From contig CAWDNU010000004.1 in assembly GCA_963803705.1 (NCBI GenBank), positions 32,001 through 96,000 on the forward strand: a stretch of DNA of 64,000 bases, in the 5' to 3' direction. Within the stretch, counting starts at the first letter, position 1; the number at the start of each line of letters is the position of its first letter. The notes beneath the pieces are model-generated. The model did not search any database, was not told where the DNA came from, and saw only the letters and a program-made list of their open reading frames with translations. The translations under genes were made by a program, and so were the position numbers. This DNA comes from an uncultured Pseudobdellovibrionaceae bacterium (GTDB taxonomy: Bacteria > Bdellovibrionota > Bdellovibrionia > Bdellovibrionales > UBA1609). Below are positions 18,460 through 28,840 of the stretch, piece by piece.

Positions 18460-19763
18460 TGATAGGTTTTATCCAGTGCTCGTAAAATTTTATTGGCGGC
18501 CAAATCTAGAACTTCTGGGGTATGTGCGTACCCAATAAAACCTACTTCATATCCATTTGGAGCCATAAAAACCTTTTCTTCTAAAAGATTTTTAAAGAAA
18601 ATTTTAAAAAACTCTTTGTGCCCATCAGGTATTTGAGGAACAATTCGAATTGGTTCTTTGGTTTTTTGAACAAACCAAAACAAACTTCCATAGCGAACCA
18701 TTTGAAGTGGCCAAGAGTTTGAATCAAGTTCTGTATTTATTTTATTCTGAAAAACCCCAGCTCTTTCCTCTAAAACTGCGTGTACGTCAAGATCTGCCAT
18801 TTTTTTAAGTTGAGCATGGCCTGCAGCCATACCCAAAGGTGATGCACTTAAAGTTCCTGCTTGGTAAACTGGCCCTAAAGGGGCCACAAAATCCATAAGC
18901 TCTTTACGTCCACCGTAACAACCTACAGGCAGACCGCCTCCAAGAACTTTGCCATAAGTCACTAAGTCAGGTTTTAACCCGAAGATTTCTGCCATTCCAC
19001 CGAAACTTGTTCTGAAACCAGAAATCACTTCATCAAAAATAACCAGCACGCCGTTTTTCTGTGCGTATTCAGTTACAAACTTAATGTACTCAGGACGCTG
19101 TGCAAGCAAACCAAAGTTGGCAGGTAAAGGTTCCAAGATAACTGCCGCTAAAGAATCTTTATTTTTATCAATACACTCTTTGAATTTTTCTTCGTCATCT
19201 AAGGGCAACACAATAGTTTGCGAAGCCATAAACTCACTTACACCAGCTGAATCAGAAGCAGTTGAACCTGCCAAACCACTTCCAGCTTTCACCAACAATG
19301 CGTCAACATGTCCGTGATAGCACCCCTCAAACTTGATCACCTTATCTTTCTTGGTGACTCCCCTTGCAACTCTTAAAGCGCTCATTACGGCCTCAGTTCC
19401 GCTTGATACAAATCTTAGTTTGTCTACTGCAGGAGAATAGCACTTTACCCACTCCGCTAGCTTTAAAGAATAGGGTTCACAAGTGCCTGAAGTCCACAAG
19501 GTGTCGACCATAGCTAGAACAGCTTTTTTAACATCTGGGTCTTGGTGGCCAAAAATCAGGGGACCGAAGCTTTGACAGAAATCAAGGTATTCATCACCCT
19601 CTACACTTGTGATTTTAGCACCCAATCCTGACTTAAAAAAAATCGGCTTGCCACCAACATTTTGAAACCCTCTGACTGGTGAATGGACACCTCCTGGGGC
19701 AACTAGTAGGGCTCGCTCAAAAAGTTCTTCAGAATTTAGGTCTTCTATTGGTTTTATGTACAT
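18456..19763 (-). CDS. hemL: Glutamate-1-semialdehyde 2,1-aminomutase
   Basis: PGGVHSPVR, SSGTEAVMSA, GCYHGH, FDEVISGFR, GKVLGGGLP, YQAGTLS; start placed at the second Met. Confidence 0.96.
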   Translation of the reverse strand: MYIKPIEDLNSEELFERALLVAPGGVHSPVRGFQNVGGKPIFFKSGLGAKITSVEGDEYLDFCQSFGPLIFGHQDPDVKKAVLAMVDTLWTSGTCEPYSLKLAEWVKCYSPAVDKLRFVSSGTEAVMSALRVARGVTKKDKVIKFEGCYHGHVDALLVKAGSGLAGSTASDSAGVSEFMASQTIVLPLDDEEKFKECIDKNKDSLAAVILEPLPANFGLLAQRPEYIKFVTEYAQKNGVLVIFDEVISGFRTSFGGMAEIFGLKPDLVTYGKVLGGGLPVGCYGGRKELMDFVAPLGPVYQAGTLSASPLGMAAGHAQLKKMADLDVHAVLEERAGVFQNKINTELDSNSWPLQMVRYGSLFWFVQKTKEPIRIVPQIPDGHKEFFKIFFKNLLEEKVFMAPNGYEVGFIGYAHTPEVLDLAANKILRALDKTYQ

Positions 19764-21310
19764 TGTTCTATAAAATCCTCTTCGTTTAAACAAAAATAGA
19801 TTTGTTCTGGGGTCAAATATTTTTGTAAGGTTTCAACTGTTCGACCTAAGCCGCAAAAATGAATTTTAGACTTAAGCTTAGGATAAACTTTAAGCGCAGA
19901 CTCAAAGCCGTGCCCGCTCATCCAATAAAAGCATTTTTTATTTTCAAAATTTTGTGCTGCAAAATCTTTATCCACTTCATATTTTAAGTCATAAGTGGCT
20001 TTAAGCACAAAGGGTTTAATACCATTTTCAGGAGCAGAAGAATTTGAAAGCCAAATATATTTTTTTGACCCTAAAAAGTTAAAGTCTGGCTTGTGGTCTA
20101 TGCCCAAGCCGTCCAGCGTTCCGTTCACCCAGAATCCCTCATGAGCTAATTTAGCCCACGTTTTTAAGCCTGAAGCCCAAACTAAGGCTTCACTTGATTT
20201 TAAATCATCAAGCTTAGCTTCATATCTCGATACAACCACTTCGCTTTTTTCAGTAATTTCTAATCCGTCTGAAAAGTCAGCAGCTAGGAATATGCTTTTA
20301 CTTCTTACTGAATGAAGCTCTGCCTGGGAAAACACTTCATCAAAGCTAAAAGATTGATTTAGAACCTTTGAAGGGTAAAATTCTTTAGTCTGAAAACTTT
20401 TATTTTCAAAAGTCCCTTGTGAATAAAACAGGTCGCCTTGCGGTAGACCTAAGGCTGAAAAGCCCATTGCTTGATGACATCCTCCCCCATACTTCTTATG
20501 AGTCTGGCGCTCCTTTTCAACAAGGTTGGCTTGCACACTGCTAGAAATAGATTTTACATCCGGTAAAAATGGGTTTGTCTTAAGAATTTCTAAAGCCAGG
20601 GCACCTTGTGCCGCCGCCGTGGGAAACTGTGATAACGGTAAAACCATAAATTTACAACTTGCAAAAACATCTAAGACCTGGGATCTGATCAACTTAAACT
20701 CATCAGCACAGTCTTGATCTTTTGTACCCATCAACCGGTCTACTGCAGCCTTAGCAACAACAAAACCATCGGCTTTAGATTCTAAAAACTTTGAAAATCT
20801 GGTAGGTATATTGCCACGAATAGGTTTGAAGGTAAGGCTTTCACATTTGAACGGCAGTAAATCTTTTAATGATGCCTGAAGCTGATATTCGCGCCTAGGG
20901 CTAGATGTTAGAAATTTTAGTGTCGTTAAACCTAATGATTTTTTTTTTAAGAACAAGAGGTCTCTTTGATCTTCTCTTTCTGGCAAAGTAAAAATCAACG
21001 TGTCAGGATCATTTTCAATTGGTAGATCTTTCCAAGAGTGAACCACAAGGTCACACCTCTTATCTTTTAAAAGCTGTTTAAATTCCTGTGTAAATACGCC
21101 TTTTGAATTCGTTTCTTTCAAATCCATATCTAAATTTAGGTCACCATAAGAGGGCCTATTAAAAAAAGATATTTTTAAATCTGAACTTTTTTTTTTCATC
21201 TTTTCACTGACAAAAATAGCTTGAATGCGGGCAAGATCACTTTGTCTTGAACCGATAACGATGTTTCTTTTTTTCGGATCTAAACTAGGCACTGATATCG
21301 TCCCAGCCAA
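19754..21310 (-). CDS. hemC: Porphobilinogen deaminase with a C-terminal divergent HemD-like extension
   Basis: IGSRQSDLA, KGVFT, VHSWKDLP, TSSPRR, IRGNIPTR, AAAQGAL, GGGC; about 200 extra C-terminal residues. Confidence 0.88.
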   Translation of the reverse strand: MAGTISVPSLDPKKRNIVIGSRQSDLARIQAIFVSEKMKKKSSDLKISFFNRPSYGDLNLDMDLKETNSKGVFTQEFKQLLKDKRCDLVVHSWKDLPIENDPDTLIFTLPEREDQRDLLFLKKKSLGLTTLKFLTSSPRREYQLQASLKDLLPFKCESLTFKPIRGNIPTRFSKFLESKADGFVVAKAAVDRLMGTKDQDCADEFKLIRSQVLDVFASCKFMVLPLSQFPTAAAQGALALEILKTNPFLPDVKSISSSVQANLVEKERQTHKKYGGGCHQAMGFSALGLPQGDLFYSQGTFENKSFQTKEFYPSKVLNQSFSFDEVFSQAELHSVRSKSIFLAADFSDGLEITEKSEVVVSRYEAKLDDLKSSEALVWASGLKTWAKLAHEGFWVNGTLDGLGIDHKPDFNFLGSKKYIWLSNSSAPENGIKPFVLKATYDLKYEVDKDFAAQNFENKKCFYWMSGHGFESALKVYPKLKSKIHFCGLGRTVETLQKYLTPEQIYFCLNEEDFIEQCT

Positions 21311-22232
21311 ACGGACGATGGTTCATCGTCGAAATATAAGACTGTCCAGACTCTTTTATAGCTACCAATGCATCTTGTTTTTTCTCTTTGGCTAGCAAAT
21401 TGCCTTGTTCTATCTCGCCAAAAACTTCTGCTAAAACTTTAAGGTTTTTATGTTCAAATTGATTTAAAGATGTTGAATCGCGGAAGTCTATGACTAAATC
21501 GTAAACAGAAAGGTCGTATTTTTTCATATCAATAGGTGCACAAATGAACAGTGCTTTAGGAGCGATTGCAGTCTGTGGTGTGTATTCAGACGTGGTTCTT
21601 AAAGACCACTTCGAAGACTCAAATATGGATGCATATTTTTCAGGCGAGCGGGTATACACATGTGTGTGGATATCTAGTTTTTCTATCCAGGGCTTCAAAC
21701 TTTGAACAAACTGACCAGCACCCAAAATATCTAAAGATTTAAATCCAACCAAATGCTTTCTAGCTAAGCTACCATAACTGCTAGAGCCTAAGTTTTTTAA
21801 GTGATTAGACCTAATATTTTTGGTGTCAGCCATCAGTGAATGGATAACTTTGGATAGCGCGCTTTTGGGATCAAGCTTCTTTAAAACTTGGTTTTTGAAT
21901 TGACCAAAAACTTCAGTCTCTCCTATCAAGGGTGATTTTAAACCACAAAAAACTTCAAGCAGAAACTCGTATGCTATTTCGTCTTTAAGCACGTCTAATT
22001 TTGAAAATGAGTTTAGTTGAGTCGGCCCTGAAAACAAATGGGATAAATCATTATAAGAGATCCAGATCTTTCTTAAACAAGTTTCAAAATATAGAACATC
22101 TTCTGAAACACCTTTATAAATATCTTGAAGCGTGGGATTATCATCTAAGTTTTTATCTAAAGATTTAAGAAGATCAAAATGGTTTTGACCTTCTTTCTTC
22201 AAAAAATGATACACGTTCAAACGACTTTCCAC
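21285..22232 (-). CDS. hemA: Short glutamyl-tRNA reductase
   Basis: ETCLR (TCNR-like), CGLKSPLIGETEVFGQFK, ILGAG NADPH motif; only 315 aa; first gene of the hem operon. Confidence 0.85.
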   Translation of the reverse strand: MESRLNVYHFLKKEGQNHFDLLKSLDKNLDDNPTLQDIYKGVSEDVLYFETCLRKIWISYNDLSHLFSGPTQLNSFSKLDVLKDEIAYEFLLEVFCGLKSPLIGETEVFGQFKNQVLKKLDPKSALSKVIHSLMADTKNIRSNHLKNLGSSSYGSLARKHLVGFKSLDILGAGQFVQSLKPWIEKLDIHTHVYTRSPEKYASIFESSKWSLRTTSEYTPQTAIAPKALFICAPIDMKKYDLSVYDLVIDFRDSTSLNQFEHKNLKVLAEVFGEIEQGNLLAKEKKQDALVAIKESGQSYISTMNHRPFGWDDISA

Positions 22233-22264
22233 TCTTTAAATGTAAACCAAATAATATCTTACAG

Positions 22265-22281
22265 TGTCACAGAAATGTCAT
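22265..22281. promoter_or_regulatory. Candidate OmpR/PhoB-type binding site upstream of hemA
   Basis: TGTCAC-AGAAA-TGTCAT direct repeat with 11-bp period, about 30 nt upstream of the hemA start. Confidence 0.5.
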
Positions 22282-22398
22282 AACTTCTTGATTTTGCTTG
22301 TTTTTTATCTTAAAAAATTGCTAAATTTGTATCAAAACTAGAATTTCGCCCTGTTTTGATACGAAACTTCTAAGCAATAAAACTTATCAAGAGAACAA

Positions 22399-22851
22399 TT
22401 ACTTCATAGTGCAAATCGCAAAGGCTTTGCCAGTGGATATCACCTGATCAGTTACGATATCTAGCTCGTAATCGGTGAACTCTAAAAGAAATTTGCCATC
22501 TGTAGTTTGTTTTAAATAAGTTTGAGTGCGCTCTTTTTCTACCACTTCACCGGTATTTTCATCACGGTAAGTGTTCTCGTAAATTGTCTTTAAAGAATTA
22601 GCTTCTCGCATAACCTTATACTGACCACCTTCGCCATCATTGATCCATTTCATGTTTCCGTCGATTAAAAAAATAGTCTCGATACTGACGTTATCGTCAT
22701 CGTAAGCAGCCATGTATTCATCAGTTAAATCAAATTTAAAAGTATATGACTCGCCATCCTCAGCTATGTTGCACTCATAAGTTCCATTTTCTATGTCTGC
22801 AAAAGCAGCTGTTGAAAATAAAAGTACGAAAGTTAGTATAATTGATTTCAT
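22399..22851 (-). CDS. Secreted acidic hypothetical protein
   Basis: Signal peptide ending AFA, RBS GAGG, two Cys. Confidence 0.75.
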   Translation of the reverse strand: MKSIILTFVLLFSTAAFADIENGTYECNIAEDGESYTFKFDLTDEYMAAYDDDNVSIETIFLIDGNMKWINDGEGGQYKVMREANSLKTIYENTYRDENTGEVVEKERTQTYLKQTTDGKFLLEFTDYELDIVTDQVISTGKAFAICTMK

Positions 22852-23083
22852 TTGTAACCTCTTATTGTTTGATTTTAATTGTATCTTTCTGAAGAAGGCT
22901 AGGACAATATCTTTTGGTTTACAAGTTATATAAAAAGCTTACGTATTGCATGCTTAAAAATGTAACCGATAGAAATGCAGCCGCCAAAAATTGATGCGAT
23001 AAAGTCTACAGCTTAATGAGCTTACTGTACTTGGCTCAGTCGAACCAGGCCAAAAAGCACAAGACGGCCAATCAGATGCCTAG

Positions 23084-24079
23084 CTATAATCTGTTTGACT
23101 TACCCCATTGTTCTGCGAAGTAAGTGAATATCAAACTTGCACCTGCCCTTTTGATGCACAACAAAGACTCATGAATTGCAGCATCCTCGACTAGCCATTT
23201 ATTATTAAAAGCTGCCATTAAACTAGAGTATTCACCGCTAACTTGGTAGGCCGCAACCGGAGCTACATTCATCTGCCTAATTCTATAAATAATATCCAAG
23301 TAAGTTCCCGCAGGCTTTACCATCAAAAAATCAGCGCCCTCTTTGGCATCTAGAAGGGCTTCTCTGATGGCTTCATCTGAATTCGCCGGGTCCATCTGAT
23401 AAGTTTTTTTGTCCCCTGCTTTCGGCGCTGAATCGAGAGCGTCTCTAAAGGGTCCGTAAAAATGTGATGCGTATTTTGCAGTGTAGCTAATAATTCCGGT
23501 ATTTTTGTAACCATTTTTTTCTAAGGCCTGCCTGATCTCAAACACCCGCCCGTCCATCATATCTGACGGAGCTATAAAGTCGGCGCCATGCTTAGCATGA
23601 ATTAAAGACATCTGCGCCAGTATCTCGCAGGTCTCGTCATTTAAAATTTCACCCTTTTCAGACACGAGTCCATCATGCCCGTCGGAAGAATAAGGATCTA
23701 AAGCCACATCTGTAATGATCTGCAATTTAGGTGCAGAGCGCTTCACGCAGTCAATGGCTTCTAAATAAAGCGAGTCATTTAATGCCACCGAAGCTTTTGA
23801 ATTCTTATCTTTATCTTCTACATGGGAAAAAAGTGCGACTCCAAAAAGCCCTAACTCTTGCAAGCTTATAGCTTTTTTTTTCAGATCGGGTATCGACAAG
23901 CGAGACTGACCAGGCATAGATTTTATATCTTCGGTTTTGTTGGAAATAAATAGAGGCTGGACAAGATTTGAAGCTCTTAATTGGGTTTCTTGAACCGAGG
24001 ATCTAACTGCAAAATTTTTGCGCAGGCGTCTTGGCCGAACCAGCTTTATGCTTTCATTTTGACTCACTAGGTACTCCAT
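23084..24079 (-). CDS. hemB: Porphobilinogen synthase (ALA dehydratase), Asp-rich non-Zn type
   Basis: RPRRLR, DVALDPYSSDGHDG, APSDMMDGR, FYGPFRDAL, MVKP, AYQVSGEY. Confidence 0.97.
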   Translation of the reverse strand: MEYLVSQNESIKLVRPRRLRKNFAVRSSVQETQLRASNLVQPLFISNKTEDIKSMPGQSRLSIPDLKKKAISLQELGLFGVALFSHVEDKDKNSKASVALNDSLYLEAIDCVKRSAPKLQIITDVALDPYSSDGHDGLVSEKGEILNDETCEILAQMSLIHAKHGADFIAPSDMMDGRVFEIRQALEKNGYKNTGIISYTAKYASHFYGPFRDALDSAPKAGDKKTYQMDPANSDEAIREALLDAKEGADFLMVKPAGTYLDIIYRIRQMNVAPVAAYQVSGEYSSLMAAFNNKWLVEDAAIHESLLCIKRAGASLIFTYFAEQWGKSNRL

Positions 24080-24200
24080 ATGGTTGATATAACTAATTAT
24101 AATCACCTTTAGACTTTGACGCCAAGGTATAAAAGCTTTAAAAAATTTAACTCTTAGATCTGCTCTTCTAGTTAATTAATCAATCAGGAGTTTTTTTTAA

Positions 24201-24977
24201 ATGCCAAAAGACAATTTACTTTCATGTGGTGGTTTAGTCTTGTTTTTGGCTTTCATTTTAGTATTTAGCTCTCCGAGGACAATTTTAGCTGCTGAAAAGT
24301 GGTCCAGCGAAAGTGAGTTGGGTTTAGTTGTCAACACTGGGAACGCTGAATCTCAATCTGTATCTATCAAAAACTTTACCCAGTACAAGCTTACAACTAA
24401 AGACACTTTTAGTTTTAAAGGTGAGTACTTCCAATCTGAAGGTTTAGACGACAATGATATTAAGATTCTTACGTCTGAAAACTCACTTCTTGAGTTCAAA
24501 TACGAAAACCTTGTAAGTGAAAGGATGGGTGTTTTTGCTACTACAAGCTGGGCTAAGGATAACTTTAGAGGTTTTGAACAGCGTTTAGAGGTTGGACCTG
24601 GTTTATCTTATTATTTTATTAAATCTGATTTAGCAAACATACTTACTGAACAAGGTTTTTTGTATAGACAAGACACATCTTATCTAGAAGGTCCAGGTTC
24701 AGGTGAAACACGAAATGTTAATTTCTATAGAGGCTTTTACGAGGGAAATAAAAAATTTAGCCCAACATTAAGTGGAAAATTTTGGTTAGAAACAAAGCTT
24801 AACGTAGAAAACACAGAAGACATCGAGGTTCGTATCGAGCCTTCGTTAAGTGTAATGCTTTATGGCAATTTTTCATTAGGTTTGGCCTACCGATATAGCT
24901 TTGACAATGTACCTCCCAAAGCGGGATTATTACGTGTCGACACTATGTATATGACGACATTGAAAACTAAATTTTAG
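24201..24977 (+). CDS. DUF481/YdiY family outer-membrane beta-barrel
   Basis: Signal peptide, ELGLVVNTGN, DNFRG, terminal Phe. Confidence 0.8.
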   Translation: MPKDNLLSCGGLVLFLAFILVFSSPRTILAAEKWSSESELGLVVNTGNAESQSVSIKNFTQYKLTTKDTFSFKGEYFQSEGLDDNDIKILTSENSLLEFKYENLVSERMGVFATTSWAKDNFRGFEQRLEVGPGLSYYFIKSDLANILTEQGFLYRQDTSYLEGPGSGETRNVNFYRGFYEGNKKFSPTLSGKFWLETKLNVENTEDIEVRIEPSLSVMLYGNFSLGLAYRYSFDNVPPKAGLLRVDTMYMTTLKTKF

Positions 24978-24991
24978 ATTAAGGATATTAA

Positions 24992-25201
24992 ATGGGATAC
25001 TTAAGTTCAATTGCAGGTTTTTTAGTAGGTAAACCACCTCAAATTTTTGATAAAGATGGGACGGTAAGACATCACCATCCAAAAAAAAAGTGGGAAGACT
25101 GGCAAGCCCGGTACACTCATAACAGTGATTACAACTGGCGTAATCACAGTGGTAATAAACGAGGCGACATAGGTCAGAAAGATCCAACTAAAAATTTTTA
25201 A
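24992..25201 (+). CDS. Small hypothetical protein
   Basis: 69 aa with an AAGGA RBS, directly downstream of DUF481, fills the gap to cca. Confidence 0.6.
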   Translation: MGYLSSIAGFLVGKPPQIFDKDGTVRHHHPKKKWEDWQARYTHNSDYNWRNHSGNKRGDIGQKDPTKNF

Positions 25202-25218
25202 ATTTTATTCTTTGCGAC

Positions 25219-26487
25219 TTAAGCACCGTGCATTTTAAGTGCTTTTAAAATAGCGCTTTTTGTAAGGTCTTTGTCAGTCAATTGAAGCTCATAAGCTAAG
25301 TTTAAACACTTTCTTATACTCGGCCCGGCCGGAATTCCCATTGCTAGTAAATCTGCTGCATCTACTTTTTTTACTGGTGCCGAATCAAGTTTTTGCAAAA
25401 GACTTATTAAACAGTTTTTTTTGTCGTCACTTAACTTGAACTTAGCCAAGAATTCATGTGAGACAAAAAGCTCTAGCTCCCTCGGGTTTAAAAAGTCTAG
25501 GCCAACTCTTATTATATAACCCACGCGTTCTGCGGCTAAGCTATTATCTGCACGCCAGGATGAAAGTGCGTTTAGAAAATACAAACCGTTTTCCAATTTT
25601 AGCTTCTCGGTCTTGCTGAAAGGCAATACTTCTTTCCAATTTGCCAAATAAGCTTCAATATCTTTTTGAAAAAAAGACAGATCTAAAATAAATAAAGTTA
25701 AAGCAGAATCGAAGTGTTCTAGCTTCATAGCTCTGGTTTGAAGATAGCCCAAATGGTGAGATAAATCTTCAGAGTTTACAAAATCATCAAAAAGTTTTTC
25801 TTTTATCAGCAGTGGTAAAAGCCTATAAAAAAAGTCGCCTTGGATCATTTTTTTAAGCTCAGCGTACTTTCTATTTGATGACACTAGGGTCAAACTTGTC
25901 CAGTTTTCTATGGCCGCAGCCCTGGTTAAGGGGTCTACTTCAAAACCTAGTTGACTGGCAAATCTAAAGCATCTTAACACTCTTAAAGAGTCTTCCTTAA
26001 ATCTTTCACTTGCATAACCTACGGTCTTGATAAGCTTTAAATTGATATCTGCAATGCCATTCTGGGGATCAAAAATATTACCCTCGCTATCAAGGTAAAT
26101 AGCGTTGATCGTGAAATCTCTTCTTAAGGAATCTTCAGCTGCAGTTTTCGCAAACTTAATGTGATCGGGATGCCTTGAGTCTGTATATACGTCTTCTGAT
26201 CTGTAAGACGTTATTTCGAATTCTTGTCCACTTCCGACGAGAACCTTAACTGTTCCAAAACGCTCGCCACTAGTTAGATGCTTTGGAAACAAAATTTTAA
26301 TGTCCTTAGGTCTTGCGTCCGTTGCTAGATCGAAATCAAAGGGTTCTTTGTTCAACAAAAGATCTCGTGCAGCGCCCCCAACAATAAACGCTTCAAACCC
26401 AGCTTGTTCTAAAGCCTTCAAAACTTTGAAAACCGCCGTTTTTTTTACAATATCTTTAAAGTTTAGTATTTTTTTTTGCTTGAACAC
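25219..26487 (-). CDS. cca: CCA tRNA nucleotidyltransferase (class II)
   Basis: VGGAARDLLL..DFDLAT, RRDFTINA, EDSLRVLR. Confidence 0.9.
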   Translation of the reverse strand: MFKQKKILNFKDIVKKTAVFKVLKALEQAGFEAFIVGGAARDLLLNKEPFDFDLATDARPKDIKILFPKHLTSGERFGTVKVLVGSGQEFEITSYRSEDVYTDSRHPDHIKFAKTAAEDSLRRDFTINAIYLDSEGNIFDPQNGIADINLKLIKTVGYASERFKEDSLRVLRCFRFASQLGFEVDPLTRAAAIENWTSLTLVSSNRKYAELKKMIQGDFFYRLLPLLIKEKLFDDFVNSEDLSHHLGYLQTRAMKLEHFDSALTLFILDLSFFQKDIEAYLANWKEVLPFSKTEKLKLENGLYFLNALSSWRADNSLAAERVGYIIRVGLDFLNPRELELFVSHEFLAKFKLSDDKKNCLISLLQKLDSAPVKKVDAADLLAMGIPAGPSIRKCLNLAYELQLTDKDLTKSAILKALKMHGA

Positions 26488-26511
26488 TTATAAAACTATA
26501 AGCTGACGCGA

Positions 26512-27534
26512 ATGAAAGAACAAATACATAGCGCGCTCGAACAATTGCAATTTGCTCAAATTGGTTTTTCAGCAATGACAAAGCCTAGATCCCTAAGTTT
26601 TTACGAAAATTGGTTGGATGAAGGTCTAAATGCCGACATGGAGTACCTACAGACTCACCTACCACAAAAGCGAGATGCCAAGTCTTTGCTGCCCAATGCA
26701 AATTCAGTCATTTCTGTAACAATTGATTACTTTGAACATCCAGAATTCAAAAAACTGACAAACTTAAAGATCGCATCTTATGCGAAAGGGGAAGATTACC
26801 ACTACTTCTTTAAAAAAAAATTAGAAACCGCAGCGTTGATTTTGAAGGATATTTTTCCAGCTCATCATTTTGAAGCTTTTACGGATTCTAAACCTATCCT
26901 AGAAAGAGACTTTGCCCACCAATCAGGATTAGGTTGGTTTGGTAAAAATACGATGCTGATTCATCAAAGCCATGGCAGTTATTTTTTAATTGGAGAGATA
27001 CTAACAAGCTTGGTTATTAATGCTGATAAAGCCTCTGAGCATCCAGATCGCTGCGGGACCTGCACAAAGTGTATCGATGCCTGCCCGACACAGGCTTTGC
27101 AGCCTAAAAAATTAGATGCTAAGAAATGTATCTCATATTGGACCATCGAAAGTAAAAAAATTCCTGAAATTTCACTAGCACAAAATTTTGGATCTTGGTT
27201 TTTTGGGTGTGATATCTGCCAAGATGTATGTCCCTGGAATATTAAGATACATAGCGAGCAAAGAATATTGGTCAAAAATGAAACTAATAGAAAAGACGTA
27301 ATCCTTGAAATTATGGAAATCTTAAAGGCTTCAAATAAATCACTTGAAAGAAAATTTTACGGTACACCACTTAGCCGCGCCAGAGGATTCGGTCTGAAAC
27401 GAAACGCTTTGATGGTGGTTTTAAATATAAAGGCTATAGAGCTTAAAGAAGAACTTGAACAGCTTGATCTTAAAAACGAAAAGCTAAACAATTTCAAAGT
27501 TCTAATTTTAAATAGCTTAGGACCAGATACGTAA
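26512..27534 (-). CDS. queG: Epoxyqueuosine reductase
   Basis: GEDYH, DSKPILER, GWFGKN, CGTCTKCIDACPT, CISYWTIE, GCDICQDVCPWN. Confidence 0.96.
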
Positions 27535-27669
27535 TGAAACATATAGCTTTTGTCTGACAAGCGAGCCAGGAATACGAAAGGGTCTGTAAATTATTTTGTG
27601 TATGAGTGACATCACCACTTCTTGTTTGAAACAATCAAACAAGGAGAAGACTATACGCCAAAAAACTAA

Positions 27670-27795
27670 GACAACAAATTTCTATTTGATCCCGAGGAAG
27701 TAAACACAGCACTAAAACAAGCCAAGACAATCGATGACCTCTTTTCAGAAGGTGCTGCGCTTTTGGAAATTAATGAAAGAGATAATGTACACTAA
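27670..27795 (+). pseudogene. N-terminal remnant of an IS256-like transposase
   Basis: DPEEVNTALKQAKTIDDLFSEG resembles IS256 transposase N-termini; just inside the left IR; no intact start. Confidence 0.5.
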
Positions 27796-27843
27796 AGAAT
27801 TTCGCTTTCCGTACAGATTGAATGTGAATAATGAAAGCATCTG

Positions 27844-28062
27844 TTTCAGGAATTTCCAGAGATAGAAAAGGTTGGAGCTCACCTAGCTCAGGATAAGGCT
27901 AGAATTGATTTGAAGTGGTCCGACAACATTTCTGAGCTGATTCCTGAAATTCAGGAATCAGCTCAGAAGATTTACTCATCGCCGCCGATCATCAGTGATT
28001 TCAGCGATAAAGACTCCGAAAGACGATACTGGAAAATTGAAGAGTTCTCTCAGGTGCCATGG
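27844..28062 (+). pseudogene. Fragment of an AlaX-type alanyl-tRNA editing protein
   Basis: PEIEKVGAHLAQDKARID..NIS..IISDFSD..ERRYWKI..SQVP, breaking exactly where CGGTH is expected; N-terminus missing. Confidence 0.7.
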
Positions 28063-28193
28063 ACCGATAGCTTCCACGGGACAAGCTTCAATGGCCTCTT
28101 GGCACATCTCAATTTCTTCTTCTGAAGTGGGCTGTTTAGTTAAAAAGGCATGACCGTCATCTTCATCAAATATCCGACGCCAGTAACCTTTAG

Positions 28194-28499
28194 TTAGGCT
28201 GCCTTCGTCTTCTTAGTCTTCTTAGTCTTCACTTCAAGCTTAATATGTAGCGCAGTCAAAATTTCAACCATCTTATCAATAGTCATGTGGCCAACCTGGC
28301 CAGAGAAAATCTTGGATACACGGTCTTGGGTTAATCCTTCGACCATGCTGGCTAGTCTTCTCTGGCTGATATTTTCCTTTTTACAGACGTCTTTGATAGA
28401 CCCAATAAGCTCTTTTTTGATTTGAAAAACTTGGTAATCAATTCCCCAGCTTTCAGCTAATTCTTTCATATTCATGGTTTTTAATTTTTCTGTGCTCAT
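28194..28499 (-). CDS. XRE/HigA-like HTH antitoxin
   Basis: ISQRRLAS..LTQDRVSKIFSG..TIDKMVEIL; coupled to the upstream toxin frame. Confidence 0.85.
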   Translation of the reverse strand: MSTEKLKTMNMKELAESWGIDYQVFQIKKELIGSIKDVCKKENISQRRLASMVEGLTQDRVSKIFSGQVGHMTIDKMVEILTALHIKLEVKTKKTKKTKAA

Positions 28500-28817
28500 A
28501 ATTCAATACTCCTAATTCGTTTTCGGATAACATCTTTATCCTTGTCCAGAAGGGCTTGAGACTTTTTGTGAAAAGCGTAGACAAAAACTAACGTATCTTT
28601 ATTTACAACTGTCGAAATAGCTCGCCAGTTAACCTTATCATCCTTTACTTTAAACTCCTGAATCTTAGTTTTCTTATCGATTTTAAAGGTCTTAAACTCT
28701 TTATTATTAAGTCTCTCGCCCGAAATAAAACGGTCTACGATTGAAAATGTCCTCAACAGTCTCTTTGGGGAACTCTTCTAATTCTTTAATAAAGATCTTT
28801 AGCTGTGCTACTTTCAT
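28496..28817 (-). pseudogene. RelE/HigB (Gp49-like) toxin, frameshifted
   Basis: ATG at 28817 gives MKVAQLKIFIKELEEFPKETVEDIF, then continues in another frame near 28745 as SIVDRF...EFKVKD..NWRAI..VYAFHKKSQ. Confidence 0.75.
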
Positions 28818-28820
28818 GCT

Positions 28821-28840
28821 TGATAGTAAATAAACTATCA
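28821..28840. promoter_or_regulatory. Palindromic operator of the toxin-antitoxin operon
   Basis: TGATAGT-aaataa-ACTATCA, 3 nt upstream of the toxin ATG. Confidence 0.65.
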
